A DNA stretch of 64,000 bases, from the NCBI RefSeq assembly GCF_030144855.1, contig NC_082731.1, positions 27,032,001 through 27,096,000 of the forward strand, written 5' to 3'. How positions within the stretch are numbered: the stretch's first letter is position 1; the number at the start of each line of letters is the position of its first letter. Both the position numbers and the translations under genes were made by a program. Source of the DNA: Hypanus sabinus (Eukaryota). Below the pieces are notes generated by a model, which was not told the origin of the DNA, searched no databases, and saw only the letters and a list, made by a program, of their open reading frames with translations. Of the stretch, positions 63,846-64,000 are shown piece after piece.

Positions 63846-64000
63846 AGTTCAAGTCCACACCATTAGTCTACATCACAAGTTCCTGCAACACAGAATCTGA
63901 CCAAGGCATCAGGCTCCTCTGTCTGGTCAAGGACTATCAGCCTGAGAGCATCAGTCAGACATGGTCCACTAACAGTGGGGACATCACCACAGGAATCAAG
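63846..64000 (+). CDS. IgW: Ig heavy-chain constant exon CH1 (IgW-type), truncated by the window end
   Basis: Acceptor TTCTTTTCACTTCAG ends at 63845. Phase 1 with J gives E-FKSTPLVYITSSCNTESDQGIRLLCLVKDYQPESISQTWSTNSGDITTGIK: a C1-set pattern (LLCLVKDYxP...W) with an extra N-terminal Cys, as expected for light-chain pairing. Not in the ORF track because it has no start codon. Confidence 0.88.

Overview
Eukaryotic genomic DNA, almost certainly from a cartilaginous fish (elasmobranch-type CR1/Rex/Penelope repeat landscape plus a cluster-type Ig gene); species cannot be determined. About 57 kb is transposon-dominated: nested CR1, Rex1/Babar, RTE, L1/Tx1, Penelope, SINEs, a hAT remnant, a solo LTR, class-I ERV pol remnants, and a diverged tandem segmental duplication at about 32.5-55.5 kb. 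The only host gene I can support is an immunoglobulin heavy-chain cluster, most likely IgW, on the + strand at 57803->64000 (leader, VH, JH, CH1 truncated by the window end). Its architecture is unusual. The V ends in an 11-nt D-like extension followed by a 23-RSS. Only one ~325-bp interval follows, then a JH carrying a 12-RSS, with no free D segment. This fits a partially germline-joined VD-DJ cluster, and a flush RAG join would be in frame (CARELGG-YDLVNWGRG). Germline-joined Ig genes are a known phenomenon in cartilaginous fishes; whether this particular locus or configuration is described needs a database search. TE boundaries are approximate unless a TSD is quoted, and family names come from motif recognition, not database hits.
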